Shown: positions 12,103-30,400, numbered from the stretch's first letter. The stretch: 64,000 nt of DNA from Ptychomitrium polyphyllum (GCA_973851085.1 OZ316775.1:10106001-10170000), one strand, 5' to 3'. The notes: a model not told the origin generated them from the sequence alone. A program made the numbers and translations.

Positions 12103-15100
12103 ACCAGATTCCAACCTCCATTCACCCCTTGATGCATCCCTCCACCTTCCACTTTGAAATGGATATCAAAAAATTTGGAATGGAAACACTCTAAATTAAA
12201 TTTTTCATTTTTATGTTGAAGAGAAGGCTTTTAGAATGCTGCAAGGAAGGAAGAAAGAAGGGTCGTCCAAACCTCCTTAGAAGCTTGCTCTTAAAGCAGA
12301 GCCAATTGTAATTTAGAATCTTGCTCTTGTAGGCTTCTTTTCTATGAAATACAGAGAAAAAAGTATGTTTTTCTTTAATAATTTATAGTGTGAAATCTCT
12401 CAAAGAAGGAAATTGCAATTTTAGATGGAAACTCAGCTATCTTTTATCTTTCATGGAAAGTTTTTCTTTATCATAGAAAACTTGCATTTCTCTCCAATTT
12501 AATTTTCCCACATATTATTTATTAACAACTTATAACTTATAAGCATTTGAATACATATACAACTTTTGAACTTGACTTTTTTAACTTTTCATCTATTTTT
12601 TGCTACAATAATTTCAAATACTAGATGTTAATGAAAATAGTTCCTTCACAAATTGATAAAGAAATTGGATAAATTTGAAAAATATTGTAAAAAATCAAAT
12701 GACTCTAAAGCATTATATTGGTCATTTTTATCTACAAGACTATGATGTAAGAAGAGATTTTTAAATATTTCATATAAAATCATTTCTCTAAAAAGTGTTA
12801 AATGAATTCTTTTTTATAAGATAAGTTACCTTTTTGACTCTCCAAAAATAGCCCTACAACATTTTAAGCATGAAGTTCATTAGTTACAAAATAAGCAAAA
12901 TTCTATCTCTTTGCCTTTTATATTGCACTATATTTATTATTGTTTAATGTATTTTTAAAAATTTTGTACAACTTTTTACAAAAAAAAAATGATGCTTTGA
13001 AACTTCATCTAGTTTTGTAATTGTGTAACATCATGGCCTTAGGCTTTCTATTTTGATCACCAATCCATCATCATTCATTGTAACATACATGATGCTTTAT
13101 GAAGAAGAAAACTCAAAATTGTATTTGAGCATTTAAGCTTTTTGTTCAAATTTTAAGCAATGTATTGAAATAAAATGGATGTCTTATTCAGTACAAAGAT
13201 TGTTTGGTAAAAATAAATATAAAATGCAAATTCCTTATATAGAATCAATATGAATAATATATTTGAATCTAAGTATCACCTACATATCATCTATATATTA
13301 TATGGGTATTATTCTAAAATATCTTATACATACATGTAAGAATGTTTCCAACGAGCTTAATTTGCTTGTAGTATTTTTTAAGTATATGATCTTATACTAT
13401 TTTTATTACAAAGCATCTAAATTACTAGGTATAAAATTATACACAATGTTTAGCTAAGCTAAGGTTCCAAAGTAGAAATGGAATACTATTCTTGTTGTTG
13501 ATCATGTGCAGAGAATGATATGTTTTAGTACGTTTAATTGTTAGGCTCTTAAAATCATATATTGAATTGTACAAGGTTCAAATTGAATACATTTTCCAAA
13601 CCGTCTTTGGAAACATATATATGATAGGAATCATACTATTGGATAAACAAGCAACAGTTAGCCCCATTCATAATGCACAGCATGGATATACCATAATGTT
13701 CCAGAACCTAACTAGAACTAATCATCCACAGTACAAGCCTAATCCATGCCCCATGAATCCATCACAAATTCTACAAGTTGATAAAACCATAAACACCAGC
13801 TGTAAACAAATCAAGGACAATGTATATAACCATTTGAAACAGTTCAGTGAACTTAATGGTAGATGCAACCAAAGTGGTAGATGGAGTCAGCCGACGTAGA
13901 AGACAGTTATGTATTTTTGCAACAATACAAGTTTTGATTTGTAAATTGAATAAAACATGCTTGGAGATCATCAAGTAATGCTCTGAACAAAATAAGTAGA
14001 GAATGGAAGTAAACAAGTTGTGAGGCAGTAGAACCTATAGAAAAATAAGCACCATAGAATCTTATAAGATATGAGAAGTTTCACCTCTTCAAAATCACTT
14101 AAAAGTCTTATTTCTTTAAAATTTTAGAAGTCTCACTTTTTCAAAATCACATGGAATTCATAAAAGTGTAAAAAGTTGTTGTAGCAACTTTTGCTTCTAA
14201 GTTTTTTTGTTGGAAATATACACCTTCTTACAATCCTTGTGAATGCAATTGTTGTGGAATAGCAATATTAGAAGTATCAAAAGGCACAACCACTTCTATG
14301 AACTTGGCCACTAAGAGACATCAAGTAGAAATGCATAAAAGAAATGGTTATGTCTACCTCAACTATAAACTACTTTCAATTATAAACTACTTTCAATCAT
14401 TAATTATTCTAACCTATCAACTCTAATTTGGATGAAGCTTACAATTTTTAGGTATTTACAAAGTGGTTTGTCAAGATTCTAATTGGCTACTACAATAATG
14501 GATATTAAACCTAAAACACCAAATTTAAAAGTGATAACTACCACAATAATAAGTACCAATTTAAAAGTATCAAATTCAAAACAACCAATCAATTGCACAG
14601 CTTTAAATTATAATAATAGATATAAAATCCAAAGCAATAGTTTTTATCAAAGCTTTAGATCTATAATATGTACTTTGATCAATTTTCACTAATTTTGGAG
14701 AAATCTTATATTGTGACTTCATATTTTAATATCAAAAACTTCTATCTAATGACAATAGCAAATTATGCATGTCTAGTTAAAAAGTACTTTACTAACATTG
14801 AGCACAATGCTTGTGTTCATATAAAATTTTACATCCTTAATAAAATTCATTTGGAAAAAAAATATAATATAATTAGATAATTATAATTGATCCATCTAAT
14901 TATTTAATCTAATCAAAATAATTTATTTAATCTTCCAAAATTCATTTAGTCTAATCCACATCAATTACCTTTTAAGAGCTTAAACAAAGTCTATGCTACA
15001 CTAAGTTTTTAGTTTTTTTACAATAACAAAAAAAAACTATAAGTATGTTTATTTTGGAATTTTGTAATACTAGGAATTTAGTCAAAATTGTTATATTCAC

Positions 15101-18100
15101 TATTCCTTGTGAAAAAATGGATCTTGAAATAATAGCACAAGAAGGTTACATTTTCTAAAATGAAGCTTCTAAAAACAATTAGTGTTTTTTTTAAACATCA
15201 ATAGCTTATTACTTCATGACAAAAATTGCTTGATTTTTTTCCCATATATAAAATAATATACTTAAAAACAAGAAAAAAATGGAATTTGCTCATAATTTGC
15301 TTCTTTTAAAAAGTGGTTGTTTTTCATTCTTTATTATATGCTCTATCAAATAAACTAGAATTTCCATTCCAAATTACAACTGAATTAAATTTTATTTGTT
15401 TTTTAAAATTATAAAATGATCCTTTAATCCAAAACAAGAACATTAAAATTGGATTTTTATAAAACTAAATTTTTAATTAGAAAGTTCTTTTGTTAACACC
15501 TTAAAAACAAGTAGTCGATATGAGTGTTTTTTTTTAAACCTTCACATATTAATAAAAGTTGTAATCAAATGGTGATATTTGAAGATTACAACTTTGAATT
15601 GTATTATTTGTTAATTATTTTGGTAGATTTTCTAATTTTTATAAATAAATATCAATTGCTACTATTATTTGATTTTTATATAAATATTTAGAATGCATTG
15701 TTATACTAATAAGATATATTGGAAATTTTTTCTTGCAAGTTTAGGAAAAAGTAGATTATTGACATAAATAGCATATGGTTAATATTTAAATTAAACATAT
15801 TTATATATTATTTTGAATTTCAAAATCCTTTGAAAGATGTTTTTAGTTTATTAAAGAATTTTCAACCAAATTTAGTTTTGGACTTTTGTAACCTTTTGAA
15901 TTAAAAAATCAAAGAAATTTTTGAGTCTTATTAGATTAAGAATTTGGAAAACAATAACAATTTTCTATTATTGTACTTAACTTAGAAGATATATAAGATA
16001 AAATGAAAGGATTTTGTTGCACTTTAAAAATATTCTTTCCTAATTAATCCATTTGCTACAACATGATCATAGTTATTATACATAATTTAGCTCTTATATA
16101 TATTTTGACTTCATTATTATATTTACACCAAAGTTATTAAGCATCTAGATTGGATTTGTTACCACAAATGAATCAATTTTTTTAATTATTGAACTTTAAT
16201 GAGCAAAATTATGAAAATAATCAAATTTTGTAATTCTTGTTATAATTTTAGCATTTGTAAGGTGGATTTTAGTAGATTTAGATTTCAAAATGACATGAAA
16301 TCTTCAAGGATCTTCATAAATCAAAGTTGTAATTTTTTTATATATGAAACAGAACCAAGTTCAATGCAATACATCTCAATCTGAATGTGCTGGCTACAAA
16401 AATTTCCATAAAAATTACATAAAAAATAGTTTACATTAATAATTCATCTTTATGTTTTTTATATACTCAATTATTCTCATCTAACTAATTTTCGAAAGAG
16501 AAGGAATTACCTCAAATTGCCTACAATTAAATAATACTTAATCTCATTATAAAAGAGATAATTATTATTAAAATTAAAGTTGATATTATAATAAATGTTG
16601 TTTACTTGTATTAAAAATAATTTATTTTCATAAATATTACAATATGAAAATGAACTCTAAACTAGTTTTATTATACATGAAATTTTCTTCTTTTTTTCAA
16701 ATTTTCCTAATTTAGAACTGATGCTATATAATAGAATAACTTGTATAGTTTCAAATCATTTTGCTTTTAAAAAGACACAAGTATAAGTTTGTAATGGACA
16801 TGGTTGCATAAATAAATAAGGTTTTAAAATACTTATGAAATTCCAAAGGACAAACATAAATTTTTAAAGCTATAGAAAAAAAGCCAAAAATATATAATGA
16901 AAAAACATAAAAGCCCATTAATCAATCTTTAATTAAAAAATAATAATAATTAAAATATGGAATTTAGTAGGAGCAATGTCTTTATCCATGCCAATTTTTT
17001 AGAAAATTGGATCTATTCTATGATTTTAAAACAAGGAAAATCAAAATTAAGGTTTGCTAAATATATCAAAAATAAATAAAAAATAATATAAATTGATCTT
17101 TACAAAATCGATAAAATCATTAAAAATCTAATAAATGGTACAAAATAAATAAATATGACATAAATATAATAAAAAATTAATGAAAATCATTTCTTATTAA
17201 CTTAGAAATTGTTTAAGAAAATGGATATTTAAAAAGACTTAAGACATAGATGAAATATCCTCAAATTTAAGAAAATAATCATGATTTATTTTAGGTATAT
17301 TTTTGAAAAATCTTAGTATTTATCTTATACTGTCTTGAATTTTTCTTTCTATTTTCTTTGGAAATGAAATTAAATACTACAAAATTAATAATTGAATTGA
17401 ACCATAATACTGGCATAATAAAAATAGTACCAAAAAATAAAATTTTACAATTGTCATTAAATTCTATATGTATGTTTCAATGTGTTTTTTAAAATCGAAT
17501 TTAAGAATTTGTAACATTATCATTACATCCAAATATATATAATTATCATTTAAAATGCAAGGGTATAATTTGGTAAAAAACACAATTAAAAGTAGAAGTG
17601 AAGTGATGATAAATATTGTAATATTTGGATAACATTTGTTAAATGAATACAAAAACATTTCAACATCTTTGTCAAATCAATTTATAATGTTTTGCATAAA
17701 AGTACACCAAAATTACTTATTATGTATTTCATATTGATACATTTTAAATATTGATTCTTTATAATTTAATAATTTAATAATTTCTTATATTTAACTATAA
17801 ATAAAGTTGATCCATCTTTTTATTGAAGATAAGACTTCTAATAGTAATTCATTTTATAAAATTGAATAGTAAATATTTCAAAACAACACTTTCAGCAGTC
17901 ATTATACATATTCTTAAGTTATTAAACATAACAAAAAATTCTATTTGATTTAGAAATTTACGTAGATTTGATTGAGGTTTGTAAAATTGTATTGTTTGAT
18001 TTTTTTAAAACCACAATTTTAATATTTTTTTCATTTTGATAGAAAAACTTTGTAAAGCTGAAAGAGTAAATTTATATACAATTGATGGATAAAAATTACA

Positions 18101-18668
18101 TGAGAATTTAAATACTACGGTACAATGGTTTTATCATCTTCATAAAACTATTTATCTAAGAAAATAATTACATTTGTTGTATCTTCAACAATTTATATCC
18201 AAAGTGAAAATTTCATTTTTTTCAAATAAAAATGAACATAACCATCAAATTCTATTATAGCATGTTTAAAGTTACTTACAACATTCTAAAGAATGAAAAA
18301 AATTCTTCGGGAAAAAAATTTAAAGTAAATAGAAAATTTGTAGTTTATCAAATAAGATATGTTTGATAAATTATTAGCATAAATAGAAAGTAGTTGCATG
18401 ATAATCAAAATCCAAATTGTACCCTTCAAAAAAGAAAATTGATCACCCTTTTGATCTTTTATAAATCCACAACTAAGTGCTACATCTACCTTAATTTCAT
18501 ACCCAATTTATCATCAACCAATTCTAGAAACCAATTCTAGAAACCACAGAGACCAATCGTCCAATTGCAGCACGGAGCGACGAAGCTTCGTTCACTGAAC
18601 AGTTCAACGTTGAGCGTCCGTCGAACGTTCGTCGAAACGGAGCCAAGGAGGCCAAGGGTAGGGTGGGA

Positions 18669-18676
18669 AAACCCTA
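18669..18676 (+). promoter_or_regulatory. Telo-box upstream of RPS15
   Basis: AAACCCTA ~150 bp before the ATG; further TAGGGTTT copies near 18708 and 18929. Typical of plant ribosomal protein promoters. Confidence 0.65.
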
Positions 18677-18824
18677 AGAGAGGGGCAGAGGGTAGTAAAG
18701 CGCGAGCTAGGGTTTGCAGTGCTCTCTTTCGCCCTCGAGTGAGTCTGGTTTGTTGTTCCCTCGCTTGGCCGCCTCTTGCAGCGCTTGCACCAGCTCACCC
18801 TCGCCTCCGCACGTCTCTTCCACC

Positions 18825-20305
<1,481 letters not shown>

Positions 20306-22685
20306 AAAGAGTCAGTGAGCGGCTGGAATTTTGTAGTCCTTGTTTACACCAGTTGGCTTAGGACAAGATTAATGATCTAAGGAAGTTGCAGGATGTGATG
20401 CTCATTAATCAGGTGTGCCGTTTTGTACGACCTTTGACTAATATTATGAAGACCGGCTTGACTTGTTCAACTTGCACAAATTTACTGCACCTCAAATTTC
20501 GACATTTTGTTGTGCCTTAATTGGCGTTGTCCTTGTCTAAAGAAAATACTTCTTATGCTAACTTCCGTTTTATAAAATCAAGGGTTTGTAAGTTCATTCT
20601 TTTAAGTTCTAACGAGTTCACACAAACCTATTTCAGCAATGCTTCTCATTTGTGCCTTGAAATCCTGAAAGCGATCTCTCGAATTGCCTAGTCATGGTCT
20701 CGAACTTCATGTGAATCATCTCATGCACTACAAATTGATTTATGACATTATTACATACCACTACGTAAATATAGATAATTTGTATGCAGTTCTTTATTGC
20801 TGAGTTCTGGTTACTCTTGTGAAGAGACGTTAGCATAGATGAGAACCCAAGGAGTAATCACCATATTCCTTTTTGTGCTTTTGCACTCGGGACCTGTCAG
20901 GCCTATGTATTTTTAGAAAGAAATTATTTGGCATAGTGACGGATTGAAGATTTTTCTTTAAAACTTGTATAAAAATTGGACTGGAAATCTTCATGGTGGG
21001 CATTCTACCAATTTTAGTTTGAAATATTTTTTGTGTTAGCTTTCGCCCATCCCGCAGAGCAACTCACAATTCAACTTTTTTTCCCCACATCTCTTCTTTT
21101 ACCGTTCCTACTTCAAAAATCATTTCTTGGAGTCTTATATGAAATTTTTGTTGTGGAAAAATCTGAAGTATCTTAAGAATCAAGATAAGGTGCCTAGAGT
21201 CCTAGACTTAAACTTAAAGAATAAGTGTCAAAGGCTCTAAGAAAGAATGGCTTACAATCATTTTCATCTTATAATGGAGATATTAAGTAATTACTTGTTG
21301 ATGAATACTTTCACCCATGATATTTTTGGAATTAAATGAAATATTTTATTTACCCATTTTTGTTAAAGTTAATGGAACTTTAAGCCATGAATTCAACAAT
21401 TTTAATTCTATAACAAACTATTTATTACGTTTTTATAACCAATGAAATAGAAGTATATTAAGTCATGATGTTCAAAAGTATCACTTTAACTCCTTTTGAA
21501 CTTGTTTTTGAAGTTTATTGATTGCATAACAAAAACACATCACCACATTCAAAATATAATATTTCAAAGTCATGAAAATCTATCAAAAATTTGTTGATAT
21601 GTCTCTAATCAATTTTGTAAAGAATTGAAATATTTAAATTCAACGTTTTATACAAAACTATTGATAATATAAATACTAATTTTAATTGTATGGATTTGGA
21701 TTATAATTCAAATTCTATAACTTTTATTTGGACATCCAATCCAAGTAATAATTTACAATGGATTTCAATAAATCTCTACTAGATGAGAAAAATAGTATTT
21801 ACAACCAACAAGACTATCTTTCTAATGTCTATAAATTTATGGAGTTCTTTGTAAACTCCTCTTTTATTTTAGAAATTATTTTAGAAAGTGAATCAAGATA
21901 CAGTAAAATATGAAATGAAGGAGATTTCTGGTTGAACATTAGGTCTTGAATTTACAGATCACTCTCATATCTGCGCACTTGCTGGTTCACGCTAAAACCT
22001 CTTGTTGGTTGGTTCTCTGAGAATCATGCAACCTGGGACTCTCTTGACAGAAGAAGACATAAATCATAACTCACCAAAAACAAGCTAAATTCATGAACCA
22101 TTCGTGCCCTGTAAGTCAAATATTTCCAACTTCATCCTATTCATCTAACTTACACAGTACAGTAGCACACGACTCAAAACTAAATCACCAGGGTTAACTT
22201 TCCAAACGCAACCATGTCTGGTCAGATTTAACAGAAATTCTGCCCCAAGCGCGCAGTGTCCATGGAATGCAACACAGATGTGAGCTCCTGGTTTCTCAAG
22301 TAAGAATTGAGTTCTATCTAGATTCTGGAACTTGTAGGAATGAATGTAATTTTCTGAGACGAGCTTCTGATGTGCTCAACTTTTCAGGCAACAATCAAGA
22401 TATGGTTTACCACCTGCTGAAGGACAGCTGTAAACTGAGGTTAAAGAAGTTCACCAAGGCATGAGCTGCGTTTCAGTTTGGGAGGGAGTAAATACATCTA
22501 CTTTAATATCATATCTTGGAAATAGGTCGAATAGAATGTTCCATGACAAGATTCAAAGACATACGAAACCCTCAGATGGAGAATTATATCACACAAAAGA
22601 GTATTCAAATGTTTTTAATAATAAGTCCAACAACGGCCGAAATACTCCAATAAACCCTCTGCTAGGAGTAACCATTAATCAAGAT

Positions 22686-23882
<1,197 letters not shown>

Positions 23883-26800
23883 TGTGGTGATGAAGCTGGC
23901 GGAGCTTCCACCGTGCAGTACAGGCAGGCGTGAAAAGGGAAGAGCAAGAAGCTCTTGGCAGGCCTTCAATTCCCCCTCCCCTCCCTCCAACTCCAACCCT
24001 AACCCTAGGCCACTGTGATGGCAGATCTGGTCCCTCGAATCCGCTCTTACTGATCTACGGTTCTTATGAAACTAGTGCAGATAAATACTATGATCGGACA
24101 TTGTCCCGGTTTGCATTGCGCCACACGCATGTGAATTGAGCTGTTAGTAGACCGTTTCACACCTCCCGTCGCCCGTGGGACAAGACAATTTTAGTTGAAC
24201 TTTTGAAGGTCTCATGTAAGGTTTTATACCTTGTTTTGTTGCCCATAAAGGCAGTAATTTGAAGATGGATGAAAAAATGAATTGGGTACCTATATAGTAT
24301 TAATTATTGTTGGAAAGTAGTCTTTCATTGACTATTTTCTAAGAGTGTCATAGGAATGATAATCTAATAATTGATTAATAAGAGGAGATTTTTTTTTAAA
24401 ATAAATTTTAATACTTTTCCATCTTCTCACATAATTTGTCTTTTCTTTAAAATACCCATATCTTATATTACATTTTTTAGTTTATCTTGATTCCTATAAA
24501 ACAAAAGAATGAAGTTGCTATTAAAGAACTTAATTTCACAACAAAGTTTCCTTTTCACAAGTGTCTTAATTAGCGTGAAAAATATCTTTTGCTCATCCAA
24601 AGAGGACAATAGCAAATGCAAGTTAGTTGAATAAGGGTATGTTGAGTAATAATAGGGCAACAAGTGCAATCGTCTAGACTTTTAATAGAAATAATAATTT
24701 CATTCCATTTTTAATTAAGGTAATTTTTTTGGAAAAGTTCATTGTAGAATCTATTACATGTTGTAAAAACCTTATATTAAATCAATAGTTAGATCAAAAG
24801 TTGTCGCATTATGATCTTTAATATTATAATTGATTTATATTAAATAAGCTTCAAAACTTTAAAACAAGGTGCTCAAGGATTTATTATTGCTAGGTATAAT
24901 ACTGATCAACTTTGTGGCAATTAAAAGCATAATTTATGAAAAAAAACTACAATTGACATTCTTTGTTAATGCATAAAGTTTGAACATGCACTTTGGCTAC
25001 TAGAAATAACTCTCCACATTGTCTAATTTAAAACCTTATCAAAATTATAAGCATGTGGTAATACATCCTAGGAGTCACGCTAATTTGTAGAAATAAAGTC
25101 AATAATTTTGGCCCTACTTCATTAATTTGTTGTTGTTGAAATTGTAATATTTAATATTTGATATTTAAAAAGTCAAATATTATCTTAAAATATTAATTTA
25201 ATGATAATACGGAATCTCCACAAAGCAAATGTTTTAAGTGGCAACAACTTGGAATAAATTGTTAAAAGATTTTAAATATATTCGATTTGTTATCGTTGTA
25301 TTCATTATAATAACATTTTTATTTATAAATATTTCAAAGGAACAAACAACAAGGACATGACCAATTACAAGTGAAACATTTTGAATTAATATGATTTATA
25401 AAATGTTATTATACTTGTATTGGATAAGAATGTTATTTAAATGGATAAGAATGTTGTTGTATTAATGTTGTGCTTATTCAAGTCGAATTTGTTAATTTTT
25501 TTAAAAATGATTCAAATATAACAACAAATAAAATATAATATAATATAAGAGTAAAAAATGAAAATTTGCAAATGCAAGGAAACATGAAAGGTTCTATAAA
25601 ATATGGAGGAATATATGGAAATACTACGGCATGTAGGGAAGAAAAAACTACAAGTGACAACCTTGTTGGTTTTTTTTAATATTTTTAATACACAACTTTG
25701 CAAGCCTTAATGAAATAATATATATATTTTTTAAATGTTATATTTTGATGTCTTTAAAAATCCAAATTTGGAATGGAAAGGACACAATTAATATAGGATT
25801 TTTAATGACTTATTATAAGAACAAAGGTCTATTTTTTATATAATTAAATAATAATACAAACACTAAAAGATTATATATCAACCTTTACATTTAAAAAAAA
25901 GATTATTTGCTGTGTTGGTGATTCCAACCTTTGTATACAAAATTGAAAGTTAAAAATTCTTAAATTGTATAATACATAAGGCAAAAAAAAGGCTATTTAA
26001 AATAATTGTAATATTTAATTAATTTTTAGAACTTCTAAATGGAATTAAAGTGTAAGTTTTTAGAAACCGTTATATACTTTTGTTGAAGGAATTAAAATAA
26101 ATCAGAAGTATAATACATATTTAAACAAATCTGTATTATCATTTCTTTTTTATTTTGTAGAAATAAATACAATTATTCTCTAAATAAAAGCTTAATAAAA
26201 CTTATTCCAGATTTGGCTTAAACTTGTTTTGTAAAACAGAATATTAATTAATAATTTCAAAAAAAATTGTAATTTTTTTATAACTAAATTATACTTCAAT
26301 AAATTGATAAAGATGGTAGATAATGCCAAATTTCTGCAGAATGACAAACTTGTAATCAACCTTGTTTATGCTTCAATAGAATCCAAGAATGATATATCTA
26401 TCATTGTGAGAGAAATAACTCTCATATTTAGCAAAACATTGTTATATGGATTTTAAGTCTACTTTAATTTACTTAAGTTTTACTCAATCTTAAGCCTTAA
26501 AAGCATTTAATTTAACGTCCATGCTATGTAAAAGGTATAAAGTTTTTCACAATTTCCATATAAAGAATAAATTTTTTGGCATGAGTTTTTTTTAAAAATA
26601 AGTCAAGTGAAAAAACATGATGCAAGCAAAACCAATAGACTTTTAACTTTCATTTTTTTGTCTTACAATTTATTGCAAAAATTGCTCAAATTTTGGAATT
26701 GTTGTATGAGAGATATTTTACTATTTCTTTTTATTTTTTTTCTTTCACACATTAATGCTCAATAATTTTGAGTTACATCTACTGTAACATTATAATTGAC

Positions 26801-27360
26801 ACATAGATACTAGTGCATAATCTAGAGCTAAAAAGCTTATCAAAATCATTGATGTTCCTTTCTTGACATTTTAAAATTAAAAAACCATTTTATTTGTATG
26901 AACCAAAATATTAATTTCAAACATCTATTCCCAATGTCTACCATAATTTTGAACGTTTGTTGCTAAGGACTTCTTCCCATGTGGTAAATCCTTCAGTATT
27001 ACCACTCCTGCAGTATGCCCTTAAGCGTGGAAATAAGACCCTCATTTCAAAACCGATTAAGAAATGCGTCCCTAAAACCGTCTCAGCATCCAAAGCCGAC
27101 ATTATCTACCAGAAGCATACACCATAATCCTCACTGTCAAAGAAACCGTAGATTAGGATGTACCGGCGCACGTGAAACCAACATTGTCGTCCGCTCCGCA
27201 TGGATTTCGTAGAAGGAAAGGAATACGTTCGATAGAAATCGTTGGGTTTAGATGCAGGGACGGTCTTGAGTATGAGACCCCAAAGCCAGCACAGAACGAG
27301 CTCCGTGCGTCCGCCGACCCGGCCGAGCCCCACCCGTGGCGTTGACAGGCGCTGGTGACC

Positions 27361-27368
27361 AAACCCTA
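27361..27368 (+). promoter_or_regulatory. Telo-box upstream of eIF3d
   Basis: AAACCCTA ~100 bp before the ATG at 27469. Confidence 0.6.
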
Positions 27369-27468
27369 GAGCTGCGTCTACTCGTCTTCACAGTTTTTTT
27401 TCCGTTTGGTTGCTTCTCGCAGCGCAGCTGCTGCAGGAAGCGGGAGAGCTTCGTACAGATTTGCAGCT

Positions 27469-30400
27469 ATGGTGGTGGCGTTTGGCGTGCCGCAGGTCGC
27501 CGAGAATCTCGACGGATGGGGCCCCGACGCCGCCTGTGTGCCGTCGCAGCTCGAGCATGTGCCCTATGCACCTTTCAGCAAGGGCGACCGCGTCGGCCGA
27601 GCGTCGGACTGGACGGGTCAGGCTTTCAAATATAATGCTGGTACGGGGTGCTTTGTCTGTGATTTTTGCGCTCGCTGTTCACGGCGATCGAGTAGGCGGT
27701 TAGTCGGTGGTCGTCGGCACGGTATACCTCAGATAGGGTAGAAACCAGGGTGGTGGTCACGCTTTATACCCTTTCGTAGAGCAATTGTTCCTTTTTGTGC
27801 GCTAGGTCCTTGTCTGCACAGGTGCTGCATTCTTGTATTTGTATCTTTCAATTCTGCGGTGTTAACCTTGGTGTGGAATGGCGAGGAATCATTCTTGCTG
27901 AAGCGGTTAAGGTAGTTCAGTGCCTTTGTTCTGCGTTTCATTCCAGTTCTTCCAATAGCTTGAAGTTTTTGTTTGATTTGTGATGTAGTTTCGAAGTCTC
28001 TGTGACAAGTTCCAGTTTTTATTATGTTATTTCAGTGTTTTTAGCTCTTCGAGAGGCAATTTGTAAGAACACAGCTTTTTGCTAGAGCAGAGAGAATTCA
28101 AATAGAAATGTAAGGGTTATTGATCGCATGCGTTGTTTCTGTTTTAGGTCGTTTCGACCGCAACAACACTGCAGGAGCGTCGGTTTTCAACTTCTTCCAC
28201 AACGAGGATGAGGTGTGATTTTAGTAGGATTCGAATTTTCTGGTAGAGAGAATGCGCGTCTTATTGTTTGCGGCTCTCGCTTTGTTGTTGTAAGATCCTA
28301 TTTCATGTGGTGATTCTTAGAATCAATTGTTTATGTTGCTGATGATTTGTTTTACTTTCAGGACTCCTTTCATTTGGTTGATACACGACCTCCTCCTCGT
28401 CCCAAGTACGGCGGACGCAGATTTCAGCAGGTATTGCAATATTTAATGTCTATTTGTGTTGAAGTTATGTTTGTGTATACACAAGTAACTGTGGCAATAG
28501 TGCAGTATTTAGCACGATATTGAAAGAGGCTAAGCGTACGCATGCAAATGCCTATGGGTCGTTCTTGTTCTTATTCTGAGTATGTAAGGGGTACGAAGTG
28601 GATGGTATTGGAGGCGATTTACTTGGTACAAGTTCTTGTTTGCCATTTTTAATGTCAAGAGTGGCTTAGGGTCAAGGTACTCATTGTCTGTGTTTATTTT
28701 CAGCGATTTCAAAGAAGAGACAGAGATGAAGGCAGGCGTGATGGAGGTCGTGACAGTGGTGCTGGTGCTGATAGAGAACGACAGCGCAGGGAAAGATTAC
28801 AGCAGCAAAAGAGAGGACAGTGGAACGCTTATTGGCAGGACAAGAACGCTCCTCGTATCGTCTACAACAGCTCGGTATTTTGCATGATCTTCTTTCAAAA
28901 TTTTAAATATGGTCATGTATCATAACCTTCATCATTGAATTGTAAGGATATCATTTTTCATATTTTCGACAAATGCGTGTGGTAATTTTTCATCATGATT
29001 GAGGCCAGGCCTGTAAGATTTTGGAACTGATTTAGAATTCGTATGTGATCCAGGTTGATATTCGACCTGAATGGGCTGTTTTGGAACAAATTCCCCTTAC
29101 ATCTCTTTCCAAGCTAAGTTATGAAGTGGGAGAGCCTGAAGATATGTAAGTGTTCTTAAACGTCATTGTGCTCAAGATGTGTATTTTATTTGCTTTAATT
29201 ATTTTCGTTTAGCTTGTGTTCAATGTAACGAGTTGATTTGGATGTTCATGCAGTACAACCTGTGGAACCTTGGAGTATTACGATAAGGCTTTTGACCGCG
29301 TGACACCTAAGGTATTCATTCATCTAGTCCCGTGTCTTATTATAGATAACTGATTTTAAATCTGTTTTTTGTTGTACTGACATAACAAACTTCAGTACTT
29401 TTAGTTACTAATATAGTGCAAGACCGGCTACTAAGACAGTTATCTGATTTATTATTGGTTTTTGTTCAGACGGAGAAGCCATTGGAGAGGTTTGAAAATA
29501 GACAATTCTATAAGGTCACAACTACTGATGATCCCGTGATCAGGTATGTGCACCAAGCACTCCACCATTTTTTCAGTTCCCCCCCACACCCTTCCCCTTT
29601 TTTTCTTGATAGTGTTTATGGTGTTATACAGTTATGTGATATTATCTTATTTAGAGTCATTGTATTCCTAGTCACCCTTAACTTGGGGTTCACTATGTTC
29701 TATTTTCAGTTCTGGATTTCGTCGATAGATTCTGAAAATCTTAAGGCTGTTGAATGCCGCAGGCGGTTGCTATTGGAGAACGAAAATATTGGTACCGTGT
29801 TTGCCACAGATGCTATCCTGGCCACGCTTATGTGCTCACCCCGTTCCATGTATTCGTGGGATATTGTTATCCAGAAAGTTGGCAATAAACTTTTCCTTGA
29901 CAAGCGCGATGCTTCGTTTGATCTCCTCACTGTAAGTTACTCTTAAGTTGTTCAAAGTAGATTTTTTGGATGTCATTGTTGTGGTAGTGGAGGATTTATA
30001 TTCGCATCTGTATCTGTATATGTATATATATCTGTATTTGGATATAACGTAAGTGCTAAGGCTAGTAAAATTGTGTACAAACTGAATGCCTGACGCTTCA
30101 ATTTTGCTTGATGTACAGGTTTACGAGACTGCACAAGAGCCTATTCCTGAAGAGAAAGACAGCATTAACTCTGTCCATTCTTTGAGCCAGGAGGCTACAT
30201 TCATCAATCAAAACTTTTCGCAGCAAGTCTTGCAAAAGGTCTGCTTTCTATTTATATACTTATTTTAGTCCTAAACTGTTCTTCCTATAGGTTATAGGAT
30301 TTGATCTACTGCAACTTAATCCAGTCGATTAACATCAGTTTAATTTTGCGTTAGTTTATCTGTGTCTTCCATATCTGATACCCAAAGTTTTGTAAACAGG

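Noticed and set aside
12200..18500. Short ORFs in very AT-rich tracts (also 24300-27000, 48400-51300, 52900-58600)
   Set aside because: Compositional artefacts in decayed intergenic DNA; no motifs recognised.
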